Shown here: piece by piece, positions 9,084 through 18,008 of the stretch
Position numbering within the stretch: position 1 is the first letter of the stretch
Layout of the letters: each line of letters begins with the position of its first letter
NCBI GenBank assembly: GCA_964356495.1
Contig: CAYHHR010000002.1
Location: 1 to 56,699, forward strand
Origin: an uncultured Gammaproteobacteria bacterium
Lineage (GTDB): Bacteria > Patescibacteriota > Patescibacteriia > Magasanikbacterales > GWA2-37-8
DNA length: 56,699 nucleotides
Reading direction: 5' to 3'
Notes under the pieces: generated by a model
Database searches by the model: none
Told to the model about the DNA's origin: nothing
What the model saw: the letters and a program-made list of their open reading frames with translations, nothing else
Made by a program: the position numbers and the translations under genes

Positions 9084-9716
9084 ATGAAAAACCTAACTAA
9101 AAAATTAATCACAATAGTATCAGCGCTGTTTGTAATATTAGGAATTATTTTTTTAATTTTTGTAAATATTGATATCTTGCAGGAAAAAGCGTTTGTTTTT
9201 TTTCCACCCGACGTGCCCAGCGCCACGGTTGGCCTTATCTTTGGCGGTGGTCTGAACAAAGATGGCAGTTTGAATTCAATGGTCGCGGATCGGGTAGCCG
9301 CCGGAGTGGCCCTGCTACGTTCGGGTAAAGTCGGCGAACTTATGATCACAGGCGATGATGGTAGAATTCACAGTAACGAAGTCGATGCGATGAAAAATGC
9401 GGCGCTCGAGTTAGGCGTTCCGGCGGACAAAATTCTTGTTGATCGCCACGGTTATCGCACTTATGACAGTTGCTATCGCGCGGCCAAAGTTTATGGGATC
9501 AAAAGAGTAATCGCCGTTTCACAATTTTTTCATTTGCCGAGGATAATTTTCCTTTGTGAGCATTTCGGGATCAGCACCACCGGTGTCGCGGCGGACTTTC
9601 GGAATTATGGGTTTGATTCAATTTATATGAATATTCGTGAAGTCGGAGCGAGGCTAAAAGCGTGGTGGCAGGTGAATATTTCCAGACCGGAACCGTTGGT
9701 ATTAAGCAAAGATTAA
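9084..9716 (+). CDS. SanA/YdcF (DUF218) family membrane protein
   Basis: N-terminal TM segment followed by GLIFGGG...ITGDDG...E...M...A...GVP...I..D..G..T..S, typical of SanA/DUF218. An alternative TTG start lies at 9069. Confidence 0.7.
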   Translation: MKNLTKKLITIVSALFVILGIIFLIFVNIDILQEKAFVFFPPDVPSATVGLIFGGGLNKDGSLNSMVADRVAAGVALLRSGKVGELMITGDDGRIHSNEVDAMKNAALELGVPADKILVDRHGYRTYDSCYRAAKVYGIKRVIAVSQFFHLPRIIFLCEHFGISTTGVAADFRNYGFDSIYMNIREVGARLKAWWQVNISRPEPLVLSKD

Positions 9717-9810
9717 AGCGATTGGATTTAGCATAGCGGACAACCTTTTTTTATGCTAAAATAGCTCTGGACGAATTGAGGCCAATTTTTAATGCTCAAA
9801 CTCCCTTACC

Positions 9811-11154
9811 ATGGAACCAATTCTCAAATCCGAACATATTCGAGTCACCTATAACGAAGGAAAAGACAACGAGTTTACCGCTTTGAACGATGTTAATCTT
9901 GAAGTTTACCCTCAAGAATATCTTATTTTTTTTGGACCTTCCGGTTGCGGTAAATCGACTATGCTTTATACTCTCCTCGGCATCCAGTCTCCGTCCAGCG
10001 GGAAGGTTTTTGTAAATGGTCAGGACAGTTCAAATTTTTCGGAAGCGGAGAAGAGCGTGATCTCCTCGCAATTTTTTGGTATTGTTTTTCAAAATTTTAA
10101 TTTGATTTATTCATTGAATGTTGCTGATAATGTCACTTTGCCGCAGGTATTTATAAACGTGCCGGCGCGGGAACGCAAGGAAAAAGCTGATGCCCTTATG
10201 GAACGCTTCGGGATTGCGAGCCGTTCTCATAACCTGCCGGCTAATTTATCCGGCGGTCAGCAGCAGCGTGTTGCCATTTGCCGCGCCCTCATAAACGACC
10301 CGCAGATTCTCCTTGCCGATGAACCGGTCGGAAATCTTGATAGCGAATCCGCCAGGGTGGCGATGCAAACGATAAGTGAAATTAATAAAAAAGATAAGAA
10401 AACTATTATTTTGGTTACGCACGACCCAAATTATTTGCCATTTGCCGATCGAATTTATTATTTTAGGGATGGAAAAGTGGAGCGCGTGGTGAAAAATGAA
10501 CATCCGCTCATGCCGAAAGATGTGCTCGTGAAGGTGTCTGAAAAAGAAGCGGCGGCGGTTTCGAAGGATACTTTCAAAGACATGGAAAGGTTGGCGCATA
10601 TTCACCCTTCGCTTTCCGTTGATGAACTCAAGGCTTGGATTTTGACGCAGTATCTTCTTGATGAGATGAATGTCGAACAAATGGAGCGCCTGGAAAAAAA
10701 CATGGAAGCGTTGCTCGCCGGCGCGTTGACGTTTCCTGAATTTAAGACCAGCCTTGAAACGCCTTTTTTGAAAGGCGGGGTTGGTCTTTATTATTTGACC
10801 GCGAAGAAGTACGCCGATCGGATTGAAGAGGTAATTGAGCTTGTTAAAACATTCAAGACGATCGCTTTCAAAAATAGCCACGAAAGCAGGAAGGAATTGA
10901 CTCATCTACTTCGCCATTTTGTTTTGAGCGAGTACACCTCCGACCTTTCGTATTCGCAGATTGTTCGTTTGGAAAAGGCCATCAATTCCAGGATGAACAA
11001 GGAGATTACGGCCGATGAATTTTCAGAGCTGTTGACCCGCTCGGTCATGGATGGCGGCGCGCATCTTCGCTTTGCTACCGCGGTTCATATCGGCCAGAAA
11101 TTAGAAATTATTTTGGCGGCCCTGCAACAACATATGACTTATGCAACTAGCTGA
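9811..11154 (+). CDS. ABC transporter ATP-binding protein (MacB/LolD/FtsE-like) with a roughly 220-aa C-terminal extension
   Basis: Walker A GPSGCGKST, signature LSGGQQQRVAICRAL, Walker B ILLADEPVGNLD. The extra C-terminal region shows an internal duplication. Confidence 0.9.
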   Translation: MEPILKSEHIRVTYNEGKDNEFTALNDVNLEVYPQEYLIFFGPSGCGKSTMLYTLLGIQSPSSGKVFVNGQDSSNFSEAEKSVISSQFFGIVFQNFNLIYSLNVADNVTLPQVFINVPARERKEKADALMERFGIASRSHNLPANLSGGQQQRVAICRALINDPQILLADEPVGNLDSESARVAMQTISEINKKDKKTIILVTHDPNYLPFADRIYYFRDGKVERVVKNEHPLMPKDVLVKVSEKEAAAVSKDTFKDMERLAHIHPSLSVDELKAWILTQYLLDEMNVEQMERLEKNMEALLAGALTFPEFKTSLETPFLKGGVGLYYLTAKKYADRIEEVIELVKTFKTIAFKNSHESRKELTHLLRHFVLSEYTSDLSYSQIVRLEKAINSRMNKEITADEFSELLTRSVMDGGAHLRFATAVHIGQKLEIILAALQQHMTYATS

Positions 11155-12337
11155 TCTATTTTCATTGTCAACGCGCATGTTCCGGACGCGGCCGGCTCGT
11201 ACCTGGTTGACGGTCCTCGGCATTAGCATCGGCATCAGCGCCGTGCTGTTTTTGGTGTCGCTGGGGTATGGGCTTCAAAATATAATTTTACAGAAAATAG
11301 TTTTTAATCAGGCTTTGCTTAGCCTGACTGTTACGCCCGCCAATGAGCTGATTGTTTTCAACAATAATGCCCTGGATCAACTCAAAAAAATTCCGAAAGT
11401 CGCGGATATCGCCGCGGAGACGAATTTTCCCGGGCAGGCTATCCTGGATCAGCTACATGGGACTACCGACGTGAAAGGTGTGGACGCGCGTTTTTTTGGT
11501 TACGCCGGTGTCACAGTGAGGACAGGTAAATTATTCGATGAGAAAGAGACTGACCAGGTCGTGATTTCCGATGCCGTACTGAAGCTCTGGGGCGTAAAGG
11601 AGGACAAGGATGTTATCGGCAAACAAATTCATTTGCAAATTTTACCAGCCAAATCGACCAGTTCGTCGACTCCGACGATGGTGGAGCTTTCTCATTTATA
11701 TACGATTAAAGGCGTCATCGATGACCCGCAAGACAGCTATGTTTTTGTTCCTCTTTCAGAATTAGCAAAAGATACCGAGATTGTCCGTTATGATCAGGCG
11801 AGAGTAAGAGTTGAGACAGACAAAGATATTGAACCGGTCAAAGAAATTGCCATTAGCAAGGGTTATCAAGTAGCCTCGCTTTCCGAAACGGTTGACCAGG
11901 CAAAGAAAATTTTTCAGGTTATTCAAATAGTGCTCGGCTTATTTGGCGCGGTAGCGTTGGTGGTTTCTTCTATCGGCATGTTTAATACTATGACCGTTAC
12001 CCTGCTTGAACGTACTAACGAGATCGGTATTATGCGCGCGATTGGCGCCACTAAAGCGAGTCTCAAAAAAATGTTTTTGTTTGAGTCGTTAATTATCGGA
12101 TTTTTGGGCGGGGTAGTAGGAGAAGCGATCGGTATCGCGCTTGCGGAAATATTTAATTTTGTCGTAAATAGTTTGGCCCACCGTTTTGGAGGCTCTGCCG
12201 CTGATTTGTTTTTTTTCCCTAGCTGGTTCCTTGGCGGTGTCATTATACTTTCCATGGTTATCGGTTTTCTTTCCGGTATTTTTCCGGCGCGCCGCGCGTC
12301 CAATCTTGAGCCTCTTGAAGCGCTTCGTTATAAATAA
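11141..12337 (+). CDS. ABC transporter permease, FtsX/MacB type
   Basis: TM1, a large extracytoplasmic domain, then three C-terminal TM segments with ..ERT.EIGIMRAIGA.. Overlaps the ATPase gene by 14 nt. Confidence 0.85.
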   Translation: MQLADLFSLSTRMFRTRPARTWLTVLGISIGISAVLFLVSLGYGLQNIILQKIVFNQALLSLTVTPANELIVFNNNALDQLKKIPKVADIAAETNFPGQAILDQLHGTTDVKGVDARFFGYAGVTVRTGKLFDEKETDQVVISDAVLKLWGVKEDKDVIGKQIHLQILPAKSTSSSTPTMVELSHLYTIKGVIDDPQDSYVFVPLSELAKDTEIVRYDQARVRVETDKDIEPVKEIAISKGYQVASLSETVDQAKKIFQVIQIVLGLFGAVALVVSSIGMFNTMTVTLLERTNEIGIMRAIGATKASLKKMFLFESLIIGFLGGVVGEAIGIALAEIFNFVVNSLAHRFGGSAADLFFFPSWFLGGVIILSMVIGFLSGIFPARRASNLEPLEALRYK

Positions 12338-12349
12338 TTTTATGGGTAT

Positions 12350-12379
12350 TTGACAATAGAAGGTAAGGCAGTGTAAAAT
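12350..12379 (+). promoter_or_regulatory. Putative promoter for the 12389 ORF
   Basis: TTGACA, 18-nt spacer, TAAAAT. Confidence 0.35.
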
Positions 12380-12388
12380 TTTTTAACT

Positions 12389-12820
12389 ATGAACAGTCAA
12401 CATCTCAAGAAAACGCTCCAGCTAATTCGCCGCACTGGTGATAAAGGAATAATTATCGATGAGGAAAGCGATGAACTTTTTGTGCTCATGAATGTTGAGG
12501 CGTATGAAAAGATGCTGCCACCGGTTGAAGAAATGTTGACCAACCCACCCCTACCCCGCCCAAGCGGGGAATTGCCGCGACAGGACCTTACTCGTTTAGA
12601 GGAATCGCTAGATGATTTTGTTCCGGATGATTTTGCTGAAGTAGAGGAACCACGTCGTGTCGCCCCTAGCATACCGGCCGCTCCGATTAGTTTCGCAAAA
12701 GCGGTCGAGCCGGTGGCATTTGAATTCAAACAACATAGCGTCAATCGCGAAGAAAGCCTCGCGGATGTTCCTCACGACGGCGAAGAAGAGGAGAAATTTT
12801 ACCTCGAACCAGTGGAATAG
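12389..12820 (+). CDS. Hypothetical acidic protein with a Phd/YefM-like N-terminus
   Basis: 143 aa. The N-terminus (..ELFVLMNVEAYEKM) resembles the Phd/YefM antitoxin fold. The C-terminal half is acidic. Contains the in-frame repeat C1. Confidence 0.45.
   Translation: MNSQHLKKTLQLIRRTGDKGIIIDEESDELFVLMNVEAYEKMLPPVEEMLTNPPLPRPSGELPRQDLTRLEESLDDFVPDDFAEVEEPRRVAPSIPAAPISFAKAVEPVAFEFKQHSVNREESLADVPHDGEEEEKFYLEPVE
12539..12572 (+). repeat. Family C element, copy C1, in frame
   Basis: ccaacccacccctaccccgcccaagcggggaatt encodes NPPLPRPSGEL. It matches 46009..46042 in the same frame and 25385..25417 as reverse complement. Confidence 0.85.
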
Positions 12821-12992
12821 CTTGTCCACAAACTCCCTCTTGCATTATTTTTGGAATCTGTTATAATGTAGAACGCTTCATAAGGAAGCATTATTTTATA
12901 TAATTTATCATAAAAACCCTATATCTAGGGGATGCGGCTGGACACAAATCTTGTCCCGACCACTCGGGGCAGAGCTGCACACAAGTAAATGT

Positions 12993-14183
12993 ATGGCGGA
13001 ATTTATTCGCTCGAAGCCACACGTTAACGTTGGTACAATCGGCCACGTTGACCACGGCAAAACCACTCTCACTGCGGCTATCCTCGCGGTGCTCACAGCT
13101 CACGGTATGACGGCGCAAAAGAAAGGCGTCGACGACCTCGATAAGGCCCCAGAATCAAAGGCCCGTGGTATTACTATTTCCACTGCTCATGTGGAATATG
13201 AGACTACCGCTCGTCACTATGCCCACGTTGATTGTCCAGGACATGCTGACTACGTCAAGAACATGATTACCGGCGCGGCTCAGATGGACGGCGCTATCCT
13301 CGTTGTTTCTGCCGCTGACGGCCCAATGCCTCAGACTCGCGAGCACATTCTTCTCGCTCACCAGGTAGGCGTGCAATACATCGTAGTTTTCCTCAACAAA
13401 GTCGACATGGTTTCCGATCCGGAGCTCATCGATCTTGTCGAAGCTGAAGTGCGCGATCTTCTCACCAAATACAAATTCCCTGGCGACAAAGTGCCAGTTA
13501 TCCGCGGTTCAGCCCTCAAGGCTCTCCAGAATCCATCTGACGAAGCCGCTTCCAAGCCAGTTCTTGAGCTCATGAAGGCGGTTGATGAATATATCCCAAA
13601 TCCAGTTCGCGTGACCGACAAACCATTCCTCATGCCGATTGAAGACGTCTTCTCTATCGAAGGCCGAGGTACTGTGGTTACCGGTCGTATTGAGCGCGGT
13701 ATCATCAAGATTAACGATGAAGTAGCGATCGTTGGTTTGAAGGAAGAAGTTTCCAAGACCATCGTTACCGGTATCGAAATGTTCAACAAGAATTTGAAAG
13801 AAGGCCAAGCTGGTGACAACGCAGGTATCCTTCTTCGCGGTACCAAAAAGGAAGAAGTAGAACGCGGTATGGTACTTGCAAAACCTGGCTCAATCACTCC
13901 TCACACTGAATTTGAAGCTGAAGTTTATATCCTTACCAAAGACGAAGGTGGCCGCCATAAACCATTCTTCAAAGGATACAAACCACAATTCTACATCCGC
14001 ACCACTGACGTAACTGGCGAGGTAGAACTCCCAGCCGGAGTAGAGATGGTTATGCCAGGAGACACCTTGAAAATGAAAGTGAAGCTTATCGTTCCGGTAG
14101 CTATGGAAGAGAAGATGAACTTCGCTATACGCGAAGGCGGCCGAACGGTCGGCGCCGGCGTGGTAGTCGGAATCAGCAAATAA
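12993..14183 (+). CDS. tuf: Elongation factor Tu
   Basis: [34 protein letters not shown] and NKVD. The ATG at 12993 gives a canonical N-terminus; the ORF-track start at 12951 is probably too early. Confidence 0.97.
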   Translation: MAEFIRSKPHVNVGTIGHVDHGKTTLTAAILAVLTAHGMTAQKKGVDDLDKAPESKARGITISTAHVEYETTARHYAHVDCPGHADYVKNMITGAAQMDGAILVVSAADGPMPQTREHILLAHQVGVQYIVVFLNKVDMVSDPELIDLVEAEVRDLLTKYKFPGDKVPVIRGSALKALQNPSDEAASKPVLELMKAVDEYIPNPVRVTDKPFLMPIEDVFSIEGRGTVVTGRIERGIIKINDEVAIVGLKEEVSKTIVTGIEMFNKNLKEGQAGDNAGILLRGTKKEEVERGMVLAKPGSITPHTEFEAEVYILTKDEGGRHKPFFKGYKPQFYIRTTDVTGEVELPAGVEMVMPGDTLKMKVKLIVPVAMEEKMNFAIREGGRTVGAGVVVGISK

Positions 14184-14188
14184 TGACA

Positions 14189-14223
14189 GGGGGCTCTGAC
14201 AATGTGTCGGGGCCCTTTTTTTC
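14189..14223 (+). terminator. Rho-independent terminator after tuf
   Basis: gggctctgaca-atg-tgtcggggccc stem (with G.U pairs) followed by a T8 run. Confidence 0.6.
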
Positions 14224-14266
14224 GAAAAAGCTCTTTCAATTTATTTAGCTCTTTAATCTAATCAAC

Positions 14267-14635
14267 ATGACTGCAGAGAAAAAAATCCAAACTGAGAAAA
14301 CTAAAGTTGCCGCTCCAGCCAAGGAAGAAGCCGCCAGCCGTATTCGCATCAAGATCCGCGCTTACGACAATCGTATTATCGATCAAGCCACCAAGACCAT
14401 CGTTGAAACGGTAAATCGTTTTGAGGCCAAGGTTGTGGGGCCGGTACCGCTTCCAACTGAGAAACGCAAGTTCACCGTCAACCGCTCAACTTTCGTGCAT
14501 AAGGACGCCCGAGAACAATTTGAGATGCGTATTCATAAGCGCTTGGTTGATATTTTGAATGCCACTCCGAAGTGTATTGATGCTTTGATGAGTTTAAGCT
14601 TGCCTGCCGGTGTTGATATCGAGGTCAAGATGTAA
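14267..14635 (+). CDS. rpsJ: 30S ribosomal protein S10 (with N-terminal extension)
   Basis: [10 protein letters not shown]...LPT.K..FTV.RS.FV.K..REQFE.R.HKRL. Confidence 0.95.
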   Translation: MTAEKKIQTEKTKVAAPAKEEAASRIRIKIRAYDNRIIDQATKTIVETVNRFEAKVVGPVPLPTEKRKFTVNRSTFVHKDAREQFEMRIHKRLVDILNATPKCIDALMSLSLPAGVDIEVKM

Positions 14636-14644
14636 AGTTCTCTC

Positions 14645-14673
14645 TTGACAAGAAATTAAAATTATAGTAAACT
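14645..14673 (+). promoter_or_regulatory. Putative internal promoter between rpsJ and rplC
   Basis: TTGACA, 17-nt spacer, TAAACT, starting about 10 nt after the rpsJ stop codon. Confidence 0.35.
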
Positions 14674-14694
14674 GCGGTTAGTTAAAATTATCTA

Positions 14695-14803
14695 GCTTTC
14701 ACGTAAATAAGATTGAACCACGAATATTTGCACGAATAAATCACAAATCGATTAGTGCCGATTAGTGCAGACATTAGTGGTCCAAAAACATTTACACGAA
14801 AGC
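14695..14803 (+). repeat. Family G element, copy G1
   Basis: The core gaaccacgaat..ttgcacgaat..cacaaat..attagtg..attagtgcagacattagtgg is enclosed by the inverted arms gctttcacgtaaat / atttacacgaaagc. Confidence 0.75.
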
Positions 14804-14859
14804 ATGATGATGCGAGGTGAATCTATTAAAAATAGCCAAAAATTTAGCCTTTTTGGAAT

Positions 14860-14944
14860 GGGGCTAGAAGCGGAACCACGAATTTTATTCACGGATCAAC
14901 ACAAATTAGTGATGATTCGTGCAAACATTAGTGGCCCCTTCTAG
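14860..14944 (+). repeat. Family G element, copy G2
   Basis: The core ggaaccacgaat..ttcacggat..cacaaattagtg..attcgtgcaaacattagtgg aligns with G1. It is enclosed by the arms ggggctagaag / cttctag. Confidence 0.75.
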
Positions 14945-14964
14945 TTTTTTAAATGGAAGAAAGT

Positions 14965-15654
14965 ATGAAATTTATCTTAGGCAAAAAAATCGGCATGACG
15001 CAGGTTTTTTCTAAGAACGGAGACGTGATTCCAGTCACCAGAGTGGAAGCCGGCCCGTGTCAGGTTGTACAAATTAAAGACGGCAAAAAAGATAATGCAA
15101 TCGCTTTGCAGTTAGGTTTTGGCACGCCTCGAAGTTACAAAGTAACAAAGCCGATGACTGGGCATTTGAAAGGTTTAGAACCAGCCCAGTTCCTTCATGA
15201 TTTCGGGATGGAATCGGTAGACAAATTCGAGAGAGGTGATGTTGTCACCGTTGATACTTTTGTCGCTGGGGACAAGGTCGCCGTTATAGGCGTTTCAAAG
15301 GGTAAAGGTTTTGCCGGTGTCGTAAAGCGCCACCATTTCCGCGGTGCTCCAGCTACCCATGGTCACAAACACGATCTACGCATGCCTGGTTCGATCGGAG
15401 CCGGCGGTGTACAGCGCGTTTTCAAAGGGATGCGCATGGGCGGACGAATGGGTACCGATCAGGTCACCGTCAAGAATTTAGAAATTGTAAATATTTTACC
15501 AGAGCAGAATGAACTTCAGATCAAAGGAGCTATTCCTGGTGGTCGCGGAGGATTCATTATTATTACTGCCGAGGGAGAATTAAAGGTTCAGAAGTCCGCC
15601 TCATCGGCGGATCAGCCGGAGAGGCTGAAAAGTAAAGAGGAAGCGAAAGTTTAA
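14965..15654 (+). CDS. rplC: 50S ribosomal protein L3
   Basis: MKFILGKKIGMTQVF... and GKGFAGVVKRH.F. An alternative ATG lies at 14953. The C-terminal tail is encoded by repeat J1. Confidence 0.95.
   Translation: MKFILGKKIGMTQVFSKNGDVIPVTRVEAGPCQVVQIKDGKKDNAIALQLGFGTPRSYKVTKPMTGHLKGLEPAQFLHDFGMESVDKFERGDVVTVDTFVAGDKVAVIGVSKGKGFAGVVKRHHFRGAPATHGHKHDLRMPGSIGAGGVQRVFKGMRMGGRMGTDQVTVKNLEIVNILPEQNELQIKGAIPGGRGGFIIITAEGELKVQKSASSADQPERLKSKEEAKV
15595..15630 (+). repeat. Family J element, copy J1, in frame at the rplC 3' end
   Basis: tccgcctcatcggcggatcagccggagaggctgaaa (two hairpins) matches 19052..19087. It encodes SASSADQPERLK. Confidence 0.8.
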
Positions 15655-15659
15655 AAAAT

Positions 15660-16289
15660 ATGAAAACAAAAGTTTTTAATTTATCAGGTAAGGAAGTAAA
15701 GGAACTCGATTTGGACGAGAAGATTTTCAATGTTGCCGTAAAGCCGGAAATTATCCACGAAGTTTTTGTCGCTCAGCGCAATAACGCGCGCGAATCATGG
15801 GCCGACACCAAAAATCGCGGTGAAGTTCATGGCGGCGGCAAGAAGCCGTGGCAACAGAAAGGCACCGGTCGCGCCCGTCACGGTTCGATTCGTTCCCCGA
15901 TTTGGAAGGGCGGCGGCGTGGCATTTGGTCCGCTTTCAATCCGCAATTACGTTACCAAGATTAACAAAAAAACCCGACGCCTTGCTACCCGCATGTGTTT
16001 GTCCGACAAGGCTCAAAATGGCGCGCTTTGGGTGGTGGAAGATTTTTCTTTCGCTGAACCGAAGACCAAATTATTTGCCGCTTTTTTAAAAGCTTTACCA
16101 GCCAAACAGAGAACCTTTTTGGTTGTGACTGCCGGCAAAGACGCCAAGGTTTTGAAAGTTACCAGTAATTTGAAAACAATTAAGACCGCCCGCGCTGAAG
16201 ATTTGAATGTTGTTGATATATTGTCGAAACAAGCTGTGGTAGTAAGTGTTGATGGTATTAAAAAAATAGAGGAAATCTTAAGTAAATAA
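15660..16289 (+). CDS. rplD: 50S ribosomal protein L4
   Basis: KPWQQKGTGRARHGSIRSP.W.GGGV.FGP. Confidence 0.95.
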   Translation: MKTKVFNLSGKEVKELDLDEKIFNVAVKPEIIHEVFVAQRNNARESWADTKNRGEVHGGGKKPWQQKGTGRARHGSIRSPIWKGGGVAFGPLSIRNYVTKINKKTRRLATRMCLSDKAQNGALWVVEDFSFAEPKTKLFAAFLKALPAKQRTFLVVTAGKDAKVLKVTSNLKTIKTARAEDLNVVDILSKQAVVVSVDGIKKIEEILSK

Positions 16290-16294
16290 TTAAC

Positions 16295-16376
16295 AATTAT
16301 CAGTTATCAATTATCAAATAATTACCAATTATTCAATTAACAAACTTGATAGGTGATAAATGGTAATTGATAAATA
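16295..16376 (+). repeat. Family H AT-rich palindromic element, copy H1 (rplD-rplW spacer)
   Basis: atcagttatcaattatcaa ... gtgataaatggtaattgataa shares both arms with 46667..46727. Confidence 0.7.
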
Positions 16377-16385
16377 TCGAAAAAT

Positions 16386-16784
16386 ATGGGAATAATGGAT
16401 AAATTACGAAAAACCAAAACTGCCAAAGCCCCAAAGACTGAGGCGGTTGAAGTTGAACAAAAAGTTGTCGCTCCCGCGAATGTCGCGAAAGCTTCAGGCC
16501 AGACCCTCCGGGTAATTGTTCGACCGTTGGTTACTGAGAAGTCAGCTACCGCGCAGAGCGCGTTCCGAACCTACTCCTTTATAGTTGATAAAACTGCCAA
16601 CAAAACTCAGATCATTGCCGCAGTGAAGGAACTTTATGGAGTTAGTCCGACTTCAGTCCGAGTTTTGAATGTTGAAGGACACCGCGTTCGTTTTGGCAAA
16701 GGCCAGGGCAAACGATCAGATTTTAAGAAAGCGATGGTCACTTTGAAACCAGGCGATTCAATCACTATTCACGAAGGCGTTTAA
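16386..16784 (+). CDS. rplW: 50S ribosomal protein L23 (N-terminal extension)
   Basis: ..RPLVTEKS......YSF.V...ANK..I..AV..LYGV.. in the expected operon position. Confidence 0.93.
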   Translation: MGIMDKLRKTKTAKAPKTEAVEVEQKVVAPANVAKASGQTLRVIVRPLVTEKSATAQSAFRTYSFIVDKTANKTQIIAAVKELYGVSPTSVRVLNVEGHRVRFGKGQGKRSDFKKAMVTLKPGDSITIHEGV

Positions 16785-16789
16785 ATTTT

Positions 16790-17635
16790 ATGCCGATTAT
16801 TGTCTACAAACCAACCAGTCCAGGACGCCGCAATTCTTCTACGGATGCTTTTTCTGATATCACAAAATTTGAACCGGAGAAGAGCTTGATCCAGATTATC
16901 AAGAAAAATTCTGGACGCAACAACCAGGGTGTGATTACCGTTCGCCATCAGGGCGGCGGCGCGAAGAAATATTATCGCCTAGTTGATTTCAAACAAGTAA
17001 AATATGGCATGGAAGCCGAAGTGAAAGCGATCGAATACGATCCAAATCGCGGCGCTCGCATTGCCCTTATTCAGTACACCGACGGCACCAAATCCTACAT
17101 CCTCGCTCCGGAAGCCTTACCAGTTGGCGCCAAAGTTTTTTCTTCCGACAAAGCGATCGAAGCCAAAACCGGCAACCGCATGCCGCTGAAATTTATTCCG
17201 GCCGGTCTATTTATTTTCAACGTTGAATTAACTCCTGGTCGTGGCGGTCAACTCGCGCGCGGCGCCGGACTCAGCGCTCAGCTGGTCGGTACTGAAGGAG
17301 AATACGCTCAGATCAAATTACCTTCCGGAGAAATTCGAGCGGTACCGTTTGATTGCGCCGCTACGGTTGGCGTGCTCAGCAACCCGGATCGCCGTCTTAT
17401 CCGCTGGGGCAAGGCTGGACGCATGCGTCATCGCGGTATCAAACCAACTGTCAAAGGAAAGAATATGAACCCGGTTGATCACCCGCATGGTGGTGGTGAA
17501 GGCCACAGTCCGATTGGTCAAAGACGCGGTCCGATGACGATCTACGGAAAGAAAGCCCGCGGTGTTCGCACCAGAAAACCACAGAAGTGGAGCGACAAGT
17601 TTATTGTTCAATCCCGTCGTGTTAAAGCTGAATAA
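16790..17635 (+). CDS. rplB: 50S ribosomal protein L2
   Basis: GRNN.G.IT.RH.GGG.K..YR..DF and the [13 protein letters not shown] motif. Confidence 0.97.
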   Translation: MPIIVYKPTSPGRRNSSTDAFSDITKFEPEKSLIQIIKKNSGRNNQGVITVRHQGGGAKKYYRLVDFKQVKYGMEAEVKAIEYDPNRGARIALIQYTDGTKSYILAPEALPVGAKVFSSDKAIEAKTGNRMPLKFIPAGLFIFNVELTPGRGGQLARGAGLSAQLVGTEGEYAQIKLPSGEIRAVPFDCAATVGVLSNPDRRLIRWGKAGRMRHRGIKPTVKGKNMNPVDHPHGGGEGHSPIGQRRGPMTIYGKKARGVRTRKPQKWSDKFIVQSRRVKAE

Positions 17636-17647
17636 TTTTTTTGAAAT

Positions 17648-17998
17648 ATGTCACGAAGTTTAAAAAAAGGCGCCTACGTTGATCCTCGAGTATTGAAGAA
17701 GGTAGTGGCCTTGAAAAATAGCGGCAAACGCGCGCCAATCAAGACTTGGTCCCGCGCCTGCGTCATCTCTCCGGAGATGGTGGGCGTGACGTTTTTGGTG
17801 CACAATGGCAAAGACTTTTTATCAGTATTAGTTGATGAAAATATGGTCGGACATCGGCTTGGAGAATTTTCTCCAACTCGCAAATTCGTCCGCCATGGTG
17901 GTAAGATGGCCAAGGAACAGGAAGCCGCCGCGGTAGCGAAAGCCGCTCCCGCCCCCGCTGAAGCTACGGCGGGCAAGCCGGCTGCCGTCAAGAAATAA
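17648..17998 (+). CDS. rpsS: 30S ribosomal protein S19 (Ala-rich C-terminal extension)
   Basis: SRSLKKG.YVD..L.KK.....IKTWSR...I.PEMVG....VHNGK. Confidence 0.95.
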   Translation: MSRSLKKGAYVDPRVLKKVVALKNSGKRAPIKTWSRACVISPEMVGVTFLVHNGKDFLSVLVDENMVGHRLGEFSPTRKFVRHGGKMAKEQEAAAVAKAAPAPAEATAGKPAAVKK

Positions 17999-18008
17999 TT
18001 TATAATGT

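Noticed and set aside
12900-12992. A possible tRNA or ncRNA upstream of tuf, suggested by the hairpin ggaca-caaatct-tgtcc that looks like an anticodon arm.
   Set aside because: No acceptor, D-arm or T-arm can be drawn, and the loop lacks the U33 and purine-37 pattern on either strand. It is more likely part of the tuf 5' leader.
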